Shown here: in pieces, positions 25,650-36,677 of the stretch
Layout of the letters: each line of letters begins with the position of its first letter
Position numbering within the stretch: position 1 is the first letter of the stretch
Position numbers and translations under genes: made by a program
From: Octopus bimaculoides
Lineage: Eukaryota
Reading direction: 5' to 3'
Assembly (NCBI RefSeq): GCF_001194135.2
Contig: NC_068984.1
Location: 108,969,313 to 109,014,232, forward strand
DNA length: 44,920 nt
Notes under the pieces: generated by a model
Told to the model about the DNA's origin: nothing
The model's input: the letters and a program-made list of their open reading frames with translations, nothing else
Database searches by the model: none

Positions 25650-26215
25650 GTTTGGCTTTTGGCTTCTTGTTTGGCTTTTGGCTTCTTGTTTGGGTTTTGG
25701 CTTCTTGTTTGGCTTCATGCTCTTGCTTGATGGAGCTGGTGTCATTCCAAGTTAGTAGTCCCAAAGTCATCATCATGTATAGAGCCAACCAAGTTCTACA
25801 GTGCTCTCCGTCGCTGGCGGTCTTTTATAAGCCCTCTGCATCCTTCAAGGTGACTTCGAACCTCTGGAGATCTTACCCAATCACGTCCATCCATCTGGTG
25901 CAGGCTGTGGCATGGAACCTCTCACAGCTCGTCGCTGCTGCGTCGAAGAAGAGTAAAGCTCTGGTAGGATGATCTTACAGGAGACGGAGAACATGTCCGT
26001 ACCAGCGCATGAAACGGATAGCTATGAGGTAGGAGGCTGCGCGCTGATACGTGCGCGCAAGCTTTCCTTTGTTGGAAACATGACGGTACCATCTGATCTA
26101 CTCGATGGTTCTCAAGGCCCTGCTATGGAAGCCGACGATCCTTTTTGCCAGGGCCTTCGAGAGGGAGCACATGTCTGCTTCAAAGAGGAGAATGGAGAGG
26201 AGCGATGCAGTGAAT
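25650..26215 (-). mobile_element. RTE-clade LINE 3' end with tandem-repeat tail
   Basis: Manual minus translation: SLLSILLFEADMCSLSKALAKRIVGFHSRALRTI..IRW..VSN..IRFMRWYGHVLRL..HPTRALL..TRWMDVIG*DLQ..(K)DRQRRRAL. This is the typical RTE C-terminal region. Tail of about 3.5 copies of the 19-bp unit ttggcttttggcttcttgt at 25652-25716. Confidence 0.88.
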
Positions 26216-26509
26216 TAATCATAACAGTAAAATGTCACCTAAAGTTACTTATAGTAATTAGTCTTGTGAGTATACGGTAATGATATCAAATCTAACAAAT
26301 ACCAACGTTGCCTTACATACTTTCAAGGATCGATAAAATAATTACTAGTTATGTATGTTGGAGTGATTTAGCTGATTATACATATTTTCTTTGTAAACTT
26401 TATCATAGCACTTGATCAATAGAAATAAATATCATGAGAATGCTTGCCCAATGAAATAGAAACGAGAAAGAGTAGAGCTCCAGGCTAAATGAATTCTTTA
26501 TAGCGTTTA

Positions 26510-26708
26510 TTTGTTTCAGTCATTGGACTGTAGCCATGCCTTGAAGGATTTTAGCCGAACGAATCGACCCCAGTACTCAACTAGTACTTATTTTATCGAT
26601 CTTGAAAGGCTGAAGGGCAAAGTAGACCTCGGCGGAATACGAACTCAGGACGAAATGCCACTATGCATTTTGCTAGGCGTGCTAACGTCTTTGCTACCTC
26701 ATTGCCTT
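26510..26708 (-). mobile_element. SINE family 1 head with tail A
   Basis: Family-1 head and core, joined to ttgtttcagtcattggactgtagccatgc...gccgaacgaatcgacccc, the tail otherwise seen on family 2. Confidence 0.85.
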
Positions 26709-26726
26709 AGGTTTAAGTAAACATTG

Positions 26727-26942
26727 GTTTCAAATTTTGGCACAAGGCCAGCAATTTTGGGGGAGGTGTAAGTCGATGACATTGACCCAGTGTTCAACTG
26801 GTACTTATTTAATCGACTTAAAGTCGATGAAAGGCAAAGTGGACCTCGGCGGAATTTGAGCGCAGAACGTAAAGATAGACGAAATGCCTCGGAGCATTTT
26901 GCCCTTCGTGCTAACGATTTTGTCGGCTCACCGCCTTAAGTG
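26727..26942 (-). mobile_element. SINE family 1 with tail B, full length with TSD
   Basis: Head starts at aaggcggtgagcc (minus strand); tail ...ctggccttgtgccaaaatttgaaacc. TSD taagtaaacattg (26714-26726) / taagtaaatattg (26943-26955). Confidence 0.9.
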
Positions 26943-27024
26943 TAAGTAAATATTGCAATGTCGGTCCGACATTCATTGCTTTTCAATGAACCGTGAATGG
27001 AAAATTGATTACAGATAATATTAA

Positions 27025-27250
27025 TTTCTTTATTGCTCACAAGGGGCTAAACATAGAGGGGACAAACAAGAACAGACGGATTAAGTCGATTATATAGACC
27101 CCAGTGCATAACTGGTACTTATTTAATCGACCCTAAAATGATGAAAGGCAAAGTCGACCTCGGCGGAATCTGAACCCAAACCGTAAAGACAGACAAAATA
27201 CCGCTAAGCATTTCCCCCGGCGTGCTAACGTTTCTGCCAGCTCGCCGCCT
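27025..27250 (-). mobile_element. SINE family 1 with tail C, full length with TSD
   Basis: Minus strand ggcggcgagctggcagaaacgttagcacgccggg...; tail ...tttgtcccctctatgtttagccccttgtgagc. TSD tgattacagataatattaa (27006-27024) / tgactacagatcatattaa (27251-27269). Confidence 0.92.
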
Positions 27251-28472
27251 TGACTACAGATCATATTAAACAGTGAATTAGTTTTCTGGAGGTGGGGTGG
27301 GGGTGAAAATCAAACAAATGAAGAGAAGTATATGACCCTCATAGGTTAGATAGGCTCGAGTGATTATTGGCTTAGGACATGTCCAACTTAATAACACCAT
27401 CTGGAGTCATTGTTTAAAGTGTTAGGACACCATTGTTAGGTTTAATCGTTTAAGTTGTTAGGACATCGTAGCCCACTAGAATAGTGAGTTGTTGTTTGCC
27501 AAACTGCATCCGGGTGTTGGTGTCTGTCTGTTATATCTTAGAGGAATTTCTTTCGGTACCATTTTAATGTTATGAGGTATTTTGTTTTCTCTGAATTCTT
27601 TCTTTGATAGAACAAAATTAACAAGTACTCAGTGAACCTAAAGAAAGAATTTCACTTAATTTCGCATAATCTTCTTAAAAGTTTTCACTCACTGCGAAAA
27701 TGAAACTAATAAACATTTTGTAATTTTTTTTTTATAAGTCAACATTTTGACGAGTAGTTCTTTCGCAGTACATACAGAAATATGTATAGAAATCAAACTA
27801 ATAATACTTATATTTACTTCGCAATAACTTTTTCAGTCTACTTTAATCAATGTACGTCCCAAAGAAAAATGTTTAAAGGAAATTCTATTTTTATACAATT
27901 CCTCAACGATATTCAACAATCAATTTTTATTAAGCAATATACTTTATTCAATTCACCAAGTTGACTGTGTATTTAATAATATCCAAACATATGCATTCCT
28001 GTTATACATATGATTTGCTACGATGTTCCGAAATATATATCACCCATTGAACACAAGTTATTCGGAGGCAATAACATACGTATATTGTTATACTAATACA
28101 CTGTAATATTTATTGATTTATTCAGTGTGTGCTATAAAGTTATAGGTAAACACCAAAAGCTCCAGGCAAACTGGCGCTGGAGGCAGTAACGATTTCCGTA
28201 TCACATTACAGCCATGATAATTTTACAAAAAGAAGGCATGAAACGTTGCAATATCCCAGTTAGTTCTCCTTTCAAATATAGGTCATCTGTATGCTGTATC
28301 TGGCAGAATTGTCTCAATATTTATTACGTCGTTCTGGTCTTTGGACAAGGAGAATCGTTTTTATGACATTTAGCTAGGAATCTTTACGTTCTGGGTTCAA
28401 ATCCCCGTAGACGTAAACTTTGCTATTTTTTACTCTATAAAAATAAAATAATAAGATCAAATTCAAAATTTT

Positions 28473-28820
28473 GTGTGATAAGAAGTTTACTTCCCAATCA
28501 CATGGTCACAAATTCAGACCTTCCTTCAGTTTCCATTTACCAAATCCATTCACTTTATGAATGGANNNNNNNNNNTATATATATGGCGGAGGGAGTGTTG
28601 TGTGTCTATGTATATCCTTGTGTTTATGCTTGTCCCCCACAGCCACTTGATAACGGGTGTTTGATTACGTCTCTGTAAGCTTACGGTTCGGCAGAAGGAA
28701 CTAATAGAATAAGTACCAAGCGTAAAAAATAAGTACTGGTGACGATCTGTTTGATTAAACCCTTCAAGACAGTGCTTAGCTCTACCATGGCCGTACTCCA
28801 ATGATTCAAACAAGTTATAG
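28473..28820 (+). mobile_element. Rearranged SINE family 2 copy with an internal inversion
   Basis: Head gtgtgataagaagtttacttcccaatcacatggt and tail A are in plus orientation. The central piece ccttccttcagtttccatttaccaaatccattcact (about 28519-28554) is the reverse complement of the normal core. Confidence 0.75.
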
Positions 28821-28921
28821 CTAAAGGTTAAAAAGATTGTGTATCTAATTTGCTTTAGTTACATTTCCTTGTGTTTTTAATTCAAATCCCTTTGGAGCTA
28901 ATTTATATATATTATATATTT

Positions 28922-28980
28922 ATGTGTGTATGTATGTATGTATGTATGTATGTATGTATGTATGTATGTATGTATGTATG

Positions 28981-29047
<67 letters not shown>

Positions 29048-29048
29048 G
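28922..29048. repeat. (TATG)n-(TCTA)n-(TA)n compound microsatellite (internal to a SINE2 copy)
   Basis: Directly visible; immediately followed by the SINE2 tail. Confidence 0.95.
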
Positions 29049-29049
29049 C

Positions 29050-29240
29050 TTGTGTGCCTGTGTTTGTTCCCCGCCATCGCTTGACAACCGATGTTGGTGT
29101 GATTACGTCTCTGCAACCCAGCGGTTCGGCAAAGAGACCGATAGAATAAGTACTAGGCTTACAAAGAATAAGTCCTGGGGTCGATTTGTTCGACTAAAGA
29201 CAGTGCTTCAGCATGACCATAGTCAAATGGCTGAAACAAA
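29050..29240 (+). mobile_element. SINE family 2 tail A
   Basis: ccccgccatcgcttgacaaccgatgttggtg...gatagaataagtactaggcttacaaagaataagtcctggggtcgatttgttcgactaaag...ctgaaacaaa. Confidence 0.88.
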
Positions 29241-29254
29241 TATATTCATATATA

Positions 29255-29902
29255 TACAAGGGGAAGTCAAACATTATCCACTCTTTCGCCATAACATATC
29301 TTTGTTATTGTCACACTGCTTTCTGCGCACGCGTGCTTATAGTTGGTACTATTGTGGTTACGTGATTGAAGTTTGAGCCTGACCGTGTCATTTTTCTTTC
29401 TGGTTTTACACTGTAAGCATGGTCGCGCCACTAGCAATTTGCTGCAAAGAAGAACAAAGAGCAGTGACCCGAGAGATAGCAATGGTGAATTTCTTTCGGG
29501 CTTGTTGAATCTTCACCTCAGTGGTGGAGGTTGACGGGCGTCCTGCTCCTGCTTCGTGCGTCACCCTTGTCCGGTCACTCTTAAACTTCTCGGTTCACTC
29601 ATACATACTTTTACATGGTAGTGCACTATCCCTGTTATTGTGCTCTGATGAATTTCAGCAACTGACTCACCGTCCGACTAGAGAAATCGGATCACTGCTC
29701 TTTGTTCTTCTTTGGTGCACATTGCTTGGTGGAGCGGCCATACTTACAGTGTAGAATCAGAAAGAAAAATGGCGCGATCAGGCTCAAACTTCGATCACGT
29801 GACAACAATAGTACCAACTTTAAGCACGCATACGTAGAAGGCAGTGTGACAATAACAAAGATATGTTATGGCGAAAGTGAGGATAATGCTTGACTTCACG
29901 TA
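29255..29902. mobile_element. Palindromic Tc1/mariner derivative made of two inverted 5' ends
   Basis: Inverted arms at about 29255-29472 and 29687-29902, with TA-rich flanks. Both arms contain a transposase start (MVAPLAICCKEEQRAVTR on +, ATG 29419; MAAP..TKEEQRAVIRFL on -, ATG 29741). The interior reads GESVAEIH..GDSALPCKSMYE*TEKFKSDRTRVTHEAGAGRPSTSTT on the minus strand (mariner N-terminal HTH with GRP motif). Confidence 0.88.
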
Positions 29903-30029
29903 TATATGAATATATTTGTATGTGTGTGTATGTACGTATGTATGTTTGTATGTATGTATGTATGTATGTATGTATGTATGTATTTATTTATACTTGTGTG
30001 TGTGTGCGTGTACGTATGAGAGTTTGCAT

Positions 30030-30225
30030 TTGTTCCTTCACTGCATGGCAATGTGTTGATTTGCTTATGTTCATGTAATTTAAAAGTTCGGCAAAATTAA
30101 CCGATAGAATAAACATCACCTTGAAACAAATTAAAAAAATTGGTACTGGGGTCGATTCGTTCGTCTAATACCCTACAATGTGGTGCCCCAGCATGGCCAC
30201 AGTCCAATGACTGAAACAAGCAAAC
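30030..30225 (+). mobile_element. SINE family 2 tail A (diverged)
   Basis: gttcggcaaaattaaccgatagaataa...ggtactggggtcgattcgttcg...gtgccccagcatggccacagtccaatgactgaaacaag. Confidence 0.8.
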
Positions 30226-30556
30226 GTTAAGAAATAAATGATAAAACCACAAAACACATAAAAATCTGGATGCTGGACTGTTTTCACAAACCTAACACCC
30301 AGTTTACTTAAAGAAAGACTCTCAGTCGATGTGAAGCATTAGTATGGAGAATTGTTTTAATCGAAAAAGAAGAGCAGAAATTTGAAACAGCCGGAGTTTA
30401 TTGTGTGTCAATTCAATAGGTGACAACTAATAATACTAAATAACATTATCAGTCTAGTCAAATCGGCGTCGATATATGTCACGTTTTATCTCATGTGTTA
30501 AGTGGTTGCTATTTTCGGGCAACTACCACATCTAGTGAGTCTCAGCGCGAGATATG

Positions 30557-30559
30557 AGT

Positions 30560-30590
<31 letters not shown>

Positions 30591-31147
30591 GCATGTATGC
30601 ATGTATCTAAGTATATACATACATACATACATAATTATGAATATATTTGTATGCTTATTTCATCTATATATTATACACACACATGTATCTATGTATGCAT
30701 GCATGTGTGTGCGTGTGTGTACATATATNNNNNNNNNNNNNNNNNNNNNNNNNNNNNNNNNNNNNNNNNNNNNNNNNNNNNNNNNNNNNNNNNNNNNNNN
30801 NNNNNNNNNNNNNNNNNNNNNNNNNNNNNNNNNNNNNNNNNNNNNNNNNNNNNNNNNNNNNNNNNNNNNNNNNNNNNNNNNNNNNNNNNNNNNNNNNNNN
30901 NNNNNNNNNNNNNNNNNNNNNNNNNNNNNNNNNNNNNNNNNNNNNNNNNNNNNNNNNNNNNNNNNNNNNNNNNNNNNNNNNNNNNNNNNNNNNNNNNNNN
31001 NNNNNNNNNNNNNNNNNNNNNNNNNNNNNNNNNNNNNNNNNNNNNNNNNNNNNNNNNNNNNNNNNNNNNNNNNNNNNNNNNNNNNNNNNNNNNNNNNNNN
31101 NNNNNNNNNNNNNNNNNNNNNNNNNNNNNNNNNNNNNNNNNNNNATA

Positions 31148-31191
<44 letters not shown>

Positions 31192-31230
31192 AATACATAT
31201 GTACACGCAAATACACACATATTTACATAC
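30557..31230. repeat. (TG)n/(CATA)n/(TA)n compound microsatellite spanning a gap
   Basis: Directly visible. Confidence 0.93.
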
Positions 31231-32299
31231 ATATACCAATATGCACAAATGTCTGTATGTTTCTGTGCGTACGTGATTTGATTCAAAATGTTTTGAAGTG
31301 AAAAGGAAACTCCAAGTCTGGATTCCATACCAAAAACAATCCCAAACTCTCTGTTGTAAAACACTAATAATTGTAACATTCGACTATTAACAACGTTAAG
31401 TTATAAAACGAAGTCTTTATTAATGTCCAACAAGGTCGTCGTCAGTTGGACTAAACGAAACAAAATAACACACACGAGAGACAGATTTCGATCGATTATG
31501 AAGAAAATGGCATTACTGGATGTATTCTATAAAAACTTATAAGTGGTCGAAGTTGTGACGCATGACGAGACATTGAAGCACTGATTTGAATACAATGCAC
31601 CACGGCCTTTGATTTCCTATATTGCCGGTTCTGAGTTCGAGATCGCAAAAGGGTTGTTATTGTTACCATTGTTTGTGATGATGCTGTAGTTGTATTTGAT
31701 GTGGTTTCTACGTCAGCGTGTGATCTACCTTCGGATTCATGTGTCAATAACTTTGTGCGATCCACAGATTTATTTTTCCGTACGCGATCTATTTACGTCT
31801 AATTCTAACGATTTCCATTTCGTGCTCTGATATGTAGTGATTAAATTTTCTTTACTGGATGCAATATAACAGTCTGTACATGTTATATTTTCTTTCTATA
31901 TCTTGTATAATTCTGTAATATTTGTATGTTGCAGTCATTGTTGCTAAATGGCATGCTGACTTTTTTCAAGTTTAACTATTATTAAATGCATTCCAGCGTC
32001 AGCCATCATATTTTTCGTTCACGCAGACTCTACAACAGAATTTTCTATATTAAGCGACTTTTGAAAAGAAATAGAAAGCAGTTTCAGGGATATTTGATCA
32101 CCTTTACTAGTTTAACGGGAAACATCATACCGACTCTTTCTTTGGATCTGTATGTCGATAAATTCTGGCATTGACCACAATGAAGGCAAGGTATGCGAAA
32201 TTGTTTCGAATGTGACAGCTACTGCTTCTTCAGATGGATTGGCAGCTGTCCGTTAAATTGTGATAAACATCTCTGTGTATGCATGTATGTATGTATGCA

Positions 32300-33012
32300 T
32301 CTTCTAATTTTTAATTATCATAAATCTTCCACAGAGGAGGGAGCCGGTTTTCAACAAAAATATAAGGTTCTATCTTTGGGGTGTAGTTAACACAGACAAA
32401 TTCACATTTAGAACTTGAGAAAAGTCTTGAATATTTTTACTGTTCCACTCACAGATTGCACTTGTAATGTACGAATTAGCCGGTCGATTTCTTTTTCTGA
32501 AAATCCCAATTTATCTAGTCTCCTTTAAGTATTTACTAACAAAACTTAGTGCTCCAATTATTATCTGGATATAGAAGCTGGAGGTTTCGAAGCACTTGTC
32601 CATAAATATCCGCTTTTTCTTTGATTTTCAAAGAGATATTTAAATCTGCAGGACAGCTGACCTCTATTACGGTACACACATTTGACCTTCTGTCCCAAAC
32701 AACAATATCCGGCCCGTTATGTTTACATTTGACAGACGTTTTGATGTGAATATTCCAGTATTCTTTGAGTTGGTGTTTATGAATGTTTTTCATAACAGGA
32801 ATTTTCTAAGTTTATTTCAGGACAGTCTTTTTTGCGGATAGCATCGTAAATTGTTTTAGCGACAACATCGTGCCGCATAAGGGGTTAGTACCGTGACGAC
32901 ATTTTAGGACAGCTGCTGATCATATGCATGAGGTCTTCCACAGAAACATTACAGAACCTACAAATGTGGTTGCACCTTGAGATTACAAGAGCGTCACTGT
33001 CTCTCTTGTTCA
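32300..33012 (-). mobile_element. 5'-truncated R4/Dong-like LINE: CCHC knuckle, REL endonuclease and 3' UTR
   Basis: CNHICRFCNVSVEDLMHMISSCPKMSSRY..RHDVVAKTIY..EYWNIHIKTSVKCKHNGPDIVVWD..IEVSCPADLNISLKIKEK..IIGALSFV..LQVQSVSGTVKIFKTFLKF*. The 3' UTR motif gaaaaccggctc is shared with the 22090 copy. Confidence 0.9.
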
Positions 33013-33013
33013 C

Positions 33014-33048
<35 letters not shown>

Positions 33049-33397
33049 TGTATGTATGTATGTATATGTGTATGTATGTGTATGTATGTATANNNNNNNN
33101 NNNNNNNNNNNNNNNNNNNNNNNNNNNNNNNNNNNNNNNNNNNNNNNNNNNNNNNNNNNNNNNNNNNNNNNNNNNNNNNNNNNNNNNNNNNNNNNNNNNN
33201 NNNNNNNNNNNNNNNNNNNNNNNNNNNNNNNNNNNNNNNNNNNNNNNNNNNNNNNNNNNNNNNNNNNNNNNNNNNNNNNNNNNNNNNNNNNNNNNNNNNN
33301 NNNNNNNNNNNNNNNNNNNNNNNNNNNNNNNNNNNNNNNNNNNNNNNNNNNNNNNNNNNNNNNNNNNNNNNNNNAACTCATAAGGGAAAAAAAGCTC

Positions 33398-33432
<35 letters not shown>

Positions 33433-33434
33433 AA

Positions 33435-34057
33435 TTATAATTAGGGCAAACTACATAGTAGTGCCACACGTAAGATGTCAAATGACTCTAAAAGTGCCTT
33501 ATTTATCCCATAGACACGGGCTGAAAGCGACGAAAATGAACAAAAAAGATGTTTTTTTTAATGTTTAGCCACAGATCAATTGATTTCTAGTTCAGGGATA
33601 TAACTTTCATTATCATCATCAATATGATAAAACACAGCGTACATAATTACATACATTTATACATGCCTTACGAGCACAAACGTAACCCCTAGTGCATCTA
33701 CAAACGTTCATACTTATATTCACAGTTTGAATCTAGATACTTCATCTCAGCCACGTGTGAATAACTAGAGTTAAACGGCGTATATAGGTATGAACATTTG
33801 TAGATTCACTAAGGACATGTTTGTGTTCGTATGGTATGTATAAATTATGTACGCTGTGTTATGTCATACTGATGGTGGGAGAGGAAGTTATATCCCTGAT
33901 TTAGAAATCTATTGACCTATGGCTAAATCTTTTAAAAAAAGCTTTTTTGTTCACTTCCCTCGCTTTCAGCCCGTGTCTAAGTAATAAGGTAGTTTTTGAG
34001 TATTTGACATACATCTTCTAGCAAGTGGCACGACCGTGTAGTTTGCCCGTATTATAA
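33435..34057. mobile_element. Foldback (palindromic) non-autonomous DNA element, possibly PIF/Harbinger-like
   Basis: About 300-bp inverted arms (33435-33736 / 33765-34057) with a 28-bp spacer. Termini tta|GGGCAAACTAC (33444) and GTAGTTTGCCC|gta (34048). Arms are colinear by eye but diverged. Superfamily assignment is tentative. Confidence 0.85.
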
Positions 34058-35244
34058 GTTTTATAAAAAATTATATACTCTGTATTAATTTATACCTAAA
34101 ATGTCTTACATGCTAGCTACCTGATAAAATCCTATATAGATTTTATCATTGATTACACACACACNNNNNNNNNNNNNNNNNNNNNNNNNNNNNNNNNNNN
34201 NNNNNNNNNNNNNNNNNNNNNNNNNNNNNNNNNNNNNNNNNNNNNNNNNNNNNNNNNNNNNNNNNNNNNNNNNNNNTCGCCATCCATTTTAGAGAAAAAT
34301 TTGTAGTTTAGAATCAGTAGTTCTTTGACTGCTGTTTCTGAATTTTCAGTATGTTGGAGAAGCAACTCAATTGCTAATCCCTTATATTTATGATATATAT
34401 ATATATATATATATTGCTATATTTCGGGATGCCAAATAAACACACGCACTATGAATTTGTTCTTCACATCAGATTTGTTACTGTTCTTATCTTATATCCT
34501 TTGTCTGGAAATCTTTTGTCACACATCCTGTGACCTCTTCAGCGATCCTCCATCCCACGTGTCTCCTCCTGGTCTGTTTAGTCCATTATCTACGTAATAT
34601 ATGTAAATATTTAGCAGAAAAGCAGAAAAATCAGAGAGGCAGAAATTTCACATGTAGTTCACACTTTAATTGTATTTAGCATCCGCTTCATTAATATAAA
34701 CGCCACCAAATGTATTTTCACGTAATAGCGATGCATAATGATTTTAATTCATTTAAGTCAACTAAATGTAGACGTTATGTTTACCCAAAATAATCAGGAA
34801 TGTCATGTTATTTTTCAACCGATTATATACAGTTAGTCCAAGTTGGATTTACGGCAATGTTAGAGCCTGTTAGAGTTTCACGATGTGTTTTTAACCGAGC
34901 TTTTAAGTACAGTAGATTTATTCTTTGATGGTTATACAACAATTCTCTATGAATGAGAGACCTTCGGGAGAAACCAAAAATATTTTTTTCACATTCACAG
35001 TTATGAATTAAAATACAGACACACGCATACACACATTAAAAACAAGAACGCAGTAAAAACAGAACACAAACCATGGATATCTATACACATTATTCATGTT
35101 TGGTCACCAAAAGTTACATAGTAACTCAAGGATCAAGAGTTTCGTGCACGGCACTTACCAAACTATAAACATTTTTGGGCCTTGAATCGCTTTGTAACTT
35201 CTACCAGTTAAAAATGTAAGTACACACATACACATATATTGTGT

Positions 35245-35476
35245 TATTTCTTTACTACCCACAAGGGGCTACACACAGAGGGGACAAACAAGGACAGACA
35301 AACAGATTAAGTCGATTATATCGACCCCAGTGCGTAACTGGTACTTATTTAATCGACCCCGAAAAGGATGAAAGGCAAAGTCGACCTCGGCGGAATTTGA
35401 ACTCAGAACGTAGCGGCAGACGAAATACCGCTAAGCATTTCGCCCGGCGTGCTAACGTTTCTGCCAGCTCGCCACC
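35245..35476 (-). mobile_element. SINE family 1 with tail C, full length and well preserved, with TSD
   Basis: A-box-like gagctggcagaaacg and B box gagttcaaattcc (35392-35404). TSD cacatatattgtgt (35231-35244) / cacatatatagtgt (35477-35490). Confidence 0.93.
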
Positions 35477-35499
35477 CACATATATAGTGTGGGTCCAAA

Positions 35500-35760
35500 T
35501 ACAACACAGGAAGAACAAGTTTTAACAAATACACAAGTAGTTTTATGCTTTAATGGAAAGAGAAAATGTCATAAAGTTTCGGATGTTAGTCCTTCATCAG
35601 AAGAGAGAAGCAAAGCGGGAGTGAGAAAGAGGAACAGACAGCAAAGGAAAGCAGCAGAAATATCAGAAACCAAGTGCAAATACTGTTCTAAAGTGGGTGT
35701 ATTTAAAAGAGGAAGGAAGGGGTAGGTGTCTATATGCAAACATAAAAGTGCATTTGTGTC
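35500..35760 (-). mobile_element. Probable Penelope pseudo-LTR with hammerhead core
   Basis: On the minus strand: tttaaata, then a pyrimidine-rich tract, then CTGATGA-a-GGActaacaTCC-GAAAC (35576-35600), then ATTAAA. It lies downstream of the GIY-YIG relic on the same strand. Confidence 0.5.
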
Positions 35761-36643
35761 TAGAGTCAGGCGTAAGACGAGCGTTGTACGTGTGTTTTAA
35801 TGTGTGTACATATGTGTAGTGGATTTGAATGTTTTGGAAACATAGTGGCCGAGGATAGTGGAGGTATTGGGTATTAAGTATGTGTGTGTGTGTGTGTGTG
35901 TGTAATCGTTTGGTGGGTGGTGAGAAAGCAAGTATGTAAATTACTGAGAGCGGGCGCTAGTGTGAGAGAAAATAATACTCGGGAAGCAAATGGAATTGCA
36001 AGAGCAATATGGTAAGTGTGATAGACGTGTGCGTGTGTGTGTGCATGTGTGTGTGTGTGCATGTGTGTGTGTGCATGTGTGTNNNNNNNNNNATGTGTGT
36101 GTGTGTGCATGTGTGTGTGTGCATGTGTGTGCATGTGCATGTGCGTGAGTGAGTGAGAGAGAGAGAGAGTGTGTGTGTGTGAGAATGTGTGTGTATGTGT
36201 GTGTGTGCATGGGTATTAGAAAATTACATATGAGTATGAATTTTTTTTAAACAAAGAAGGAAGATCTAAACTAAAATGTGAAAAGGAGAAAAACAAAGAA
36301 AATGCATGAATTCTATGAAGAGAAGAAAAGAAAGTGACAAAAGAAAAATTATAAAAACACTGTAAAAGGCCCGAAAACTTTGATAGAAATTCAAAGTATT
36401 GTAATAAACTGGTAAAATCCACAGAGAAGAGACAACCGTGATGGGAAGCTGATGAAGTTCACGGAGAAGAAATAACTGTTTTGAACAGGTTTGAAGCGGG
36501 AAATGACACCTGTAGTGCAAAAATATTTTGGACGCTCGTGGTATAAAAAATATGGCGATGCATGTAGAATTAATTTTTGGAGGGAGTAGAATGGAGAATA
36601 AAAGGAGGGAAGCAGCAAGATAACCATCTGTGTGTATTTGTGT

Positions 36644-36677
<34 letters not shown>

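Noticed and set aside
1246-33481. Dozens of long ORFs rich in YI/HT/CV/MYVC repeats or X
   Set aside because: Translations of (TA)n, (CA)n and (CATA)n microsatellites and N gaps; not genes.
34113-34150. Hairpin tgataaaatc/gattttatca as a Helitron 3' end
   Set aside because: No CTRR terminus follows it.
35380-35476. tRNA-like A and B boxes (also at 7233 and other copies)
   Set aside because: These are SINE heads with no cloverleaf or acceptor stem, not tRNA genes.
36449-36478. CTGATGA...GAAA on the plus strand
   Set aside because: Only a 3-bp offset stem II, with no stem I or III; compatible with chance in AT-rich DNA.
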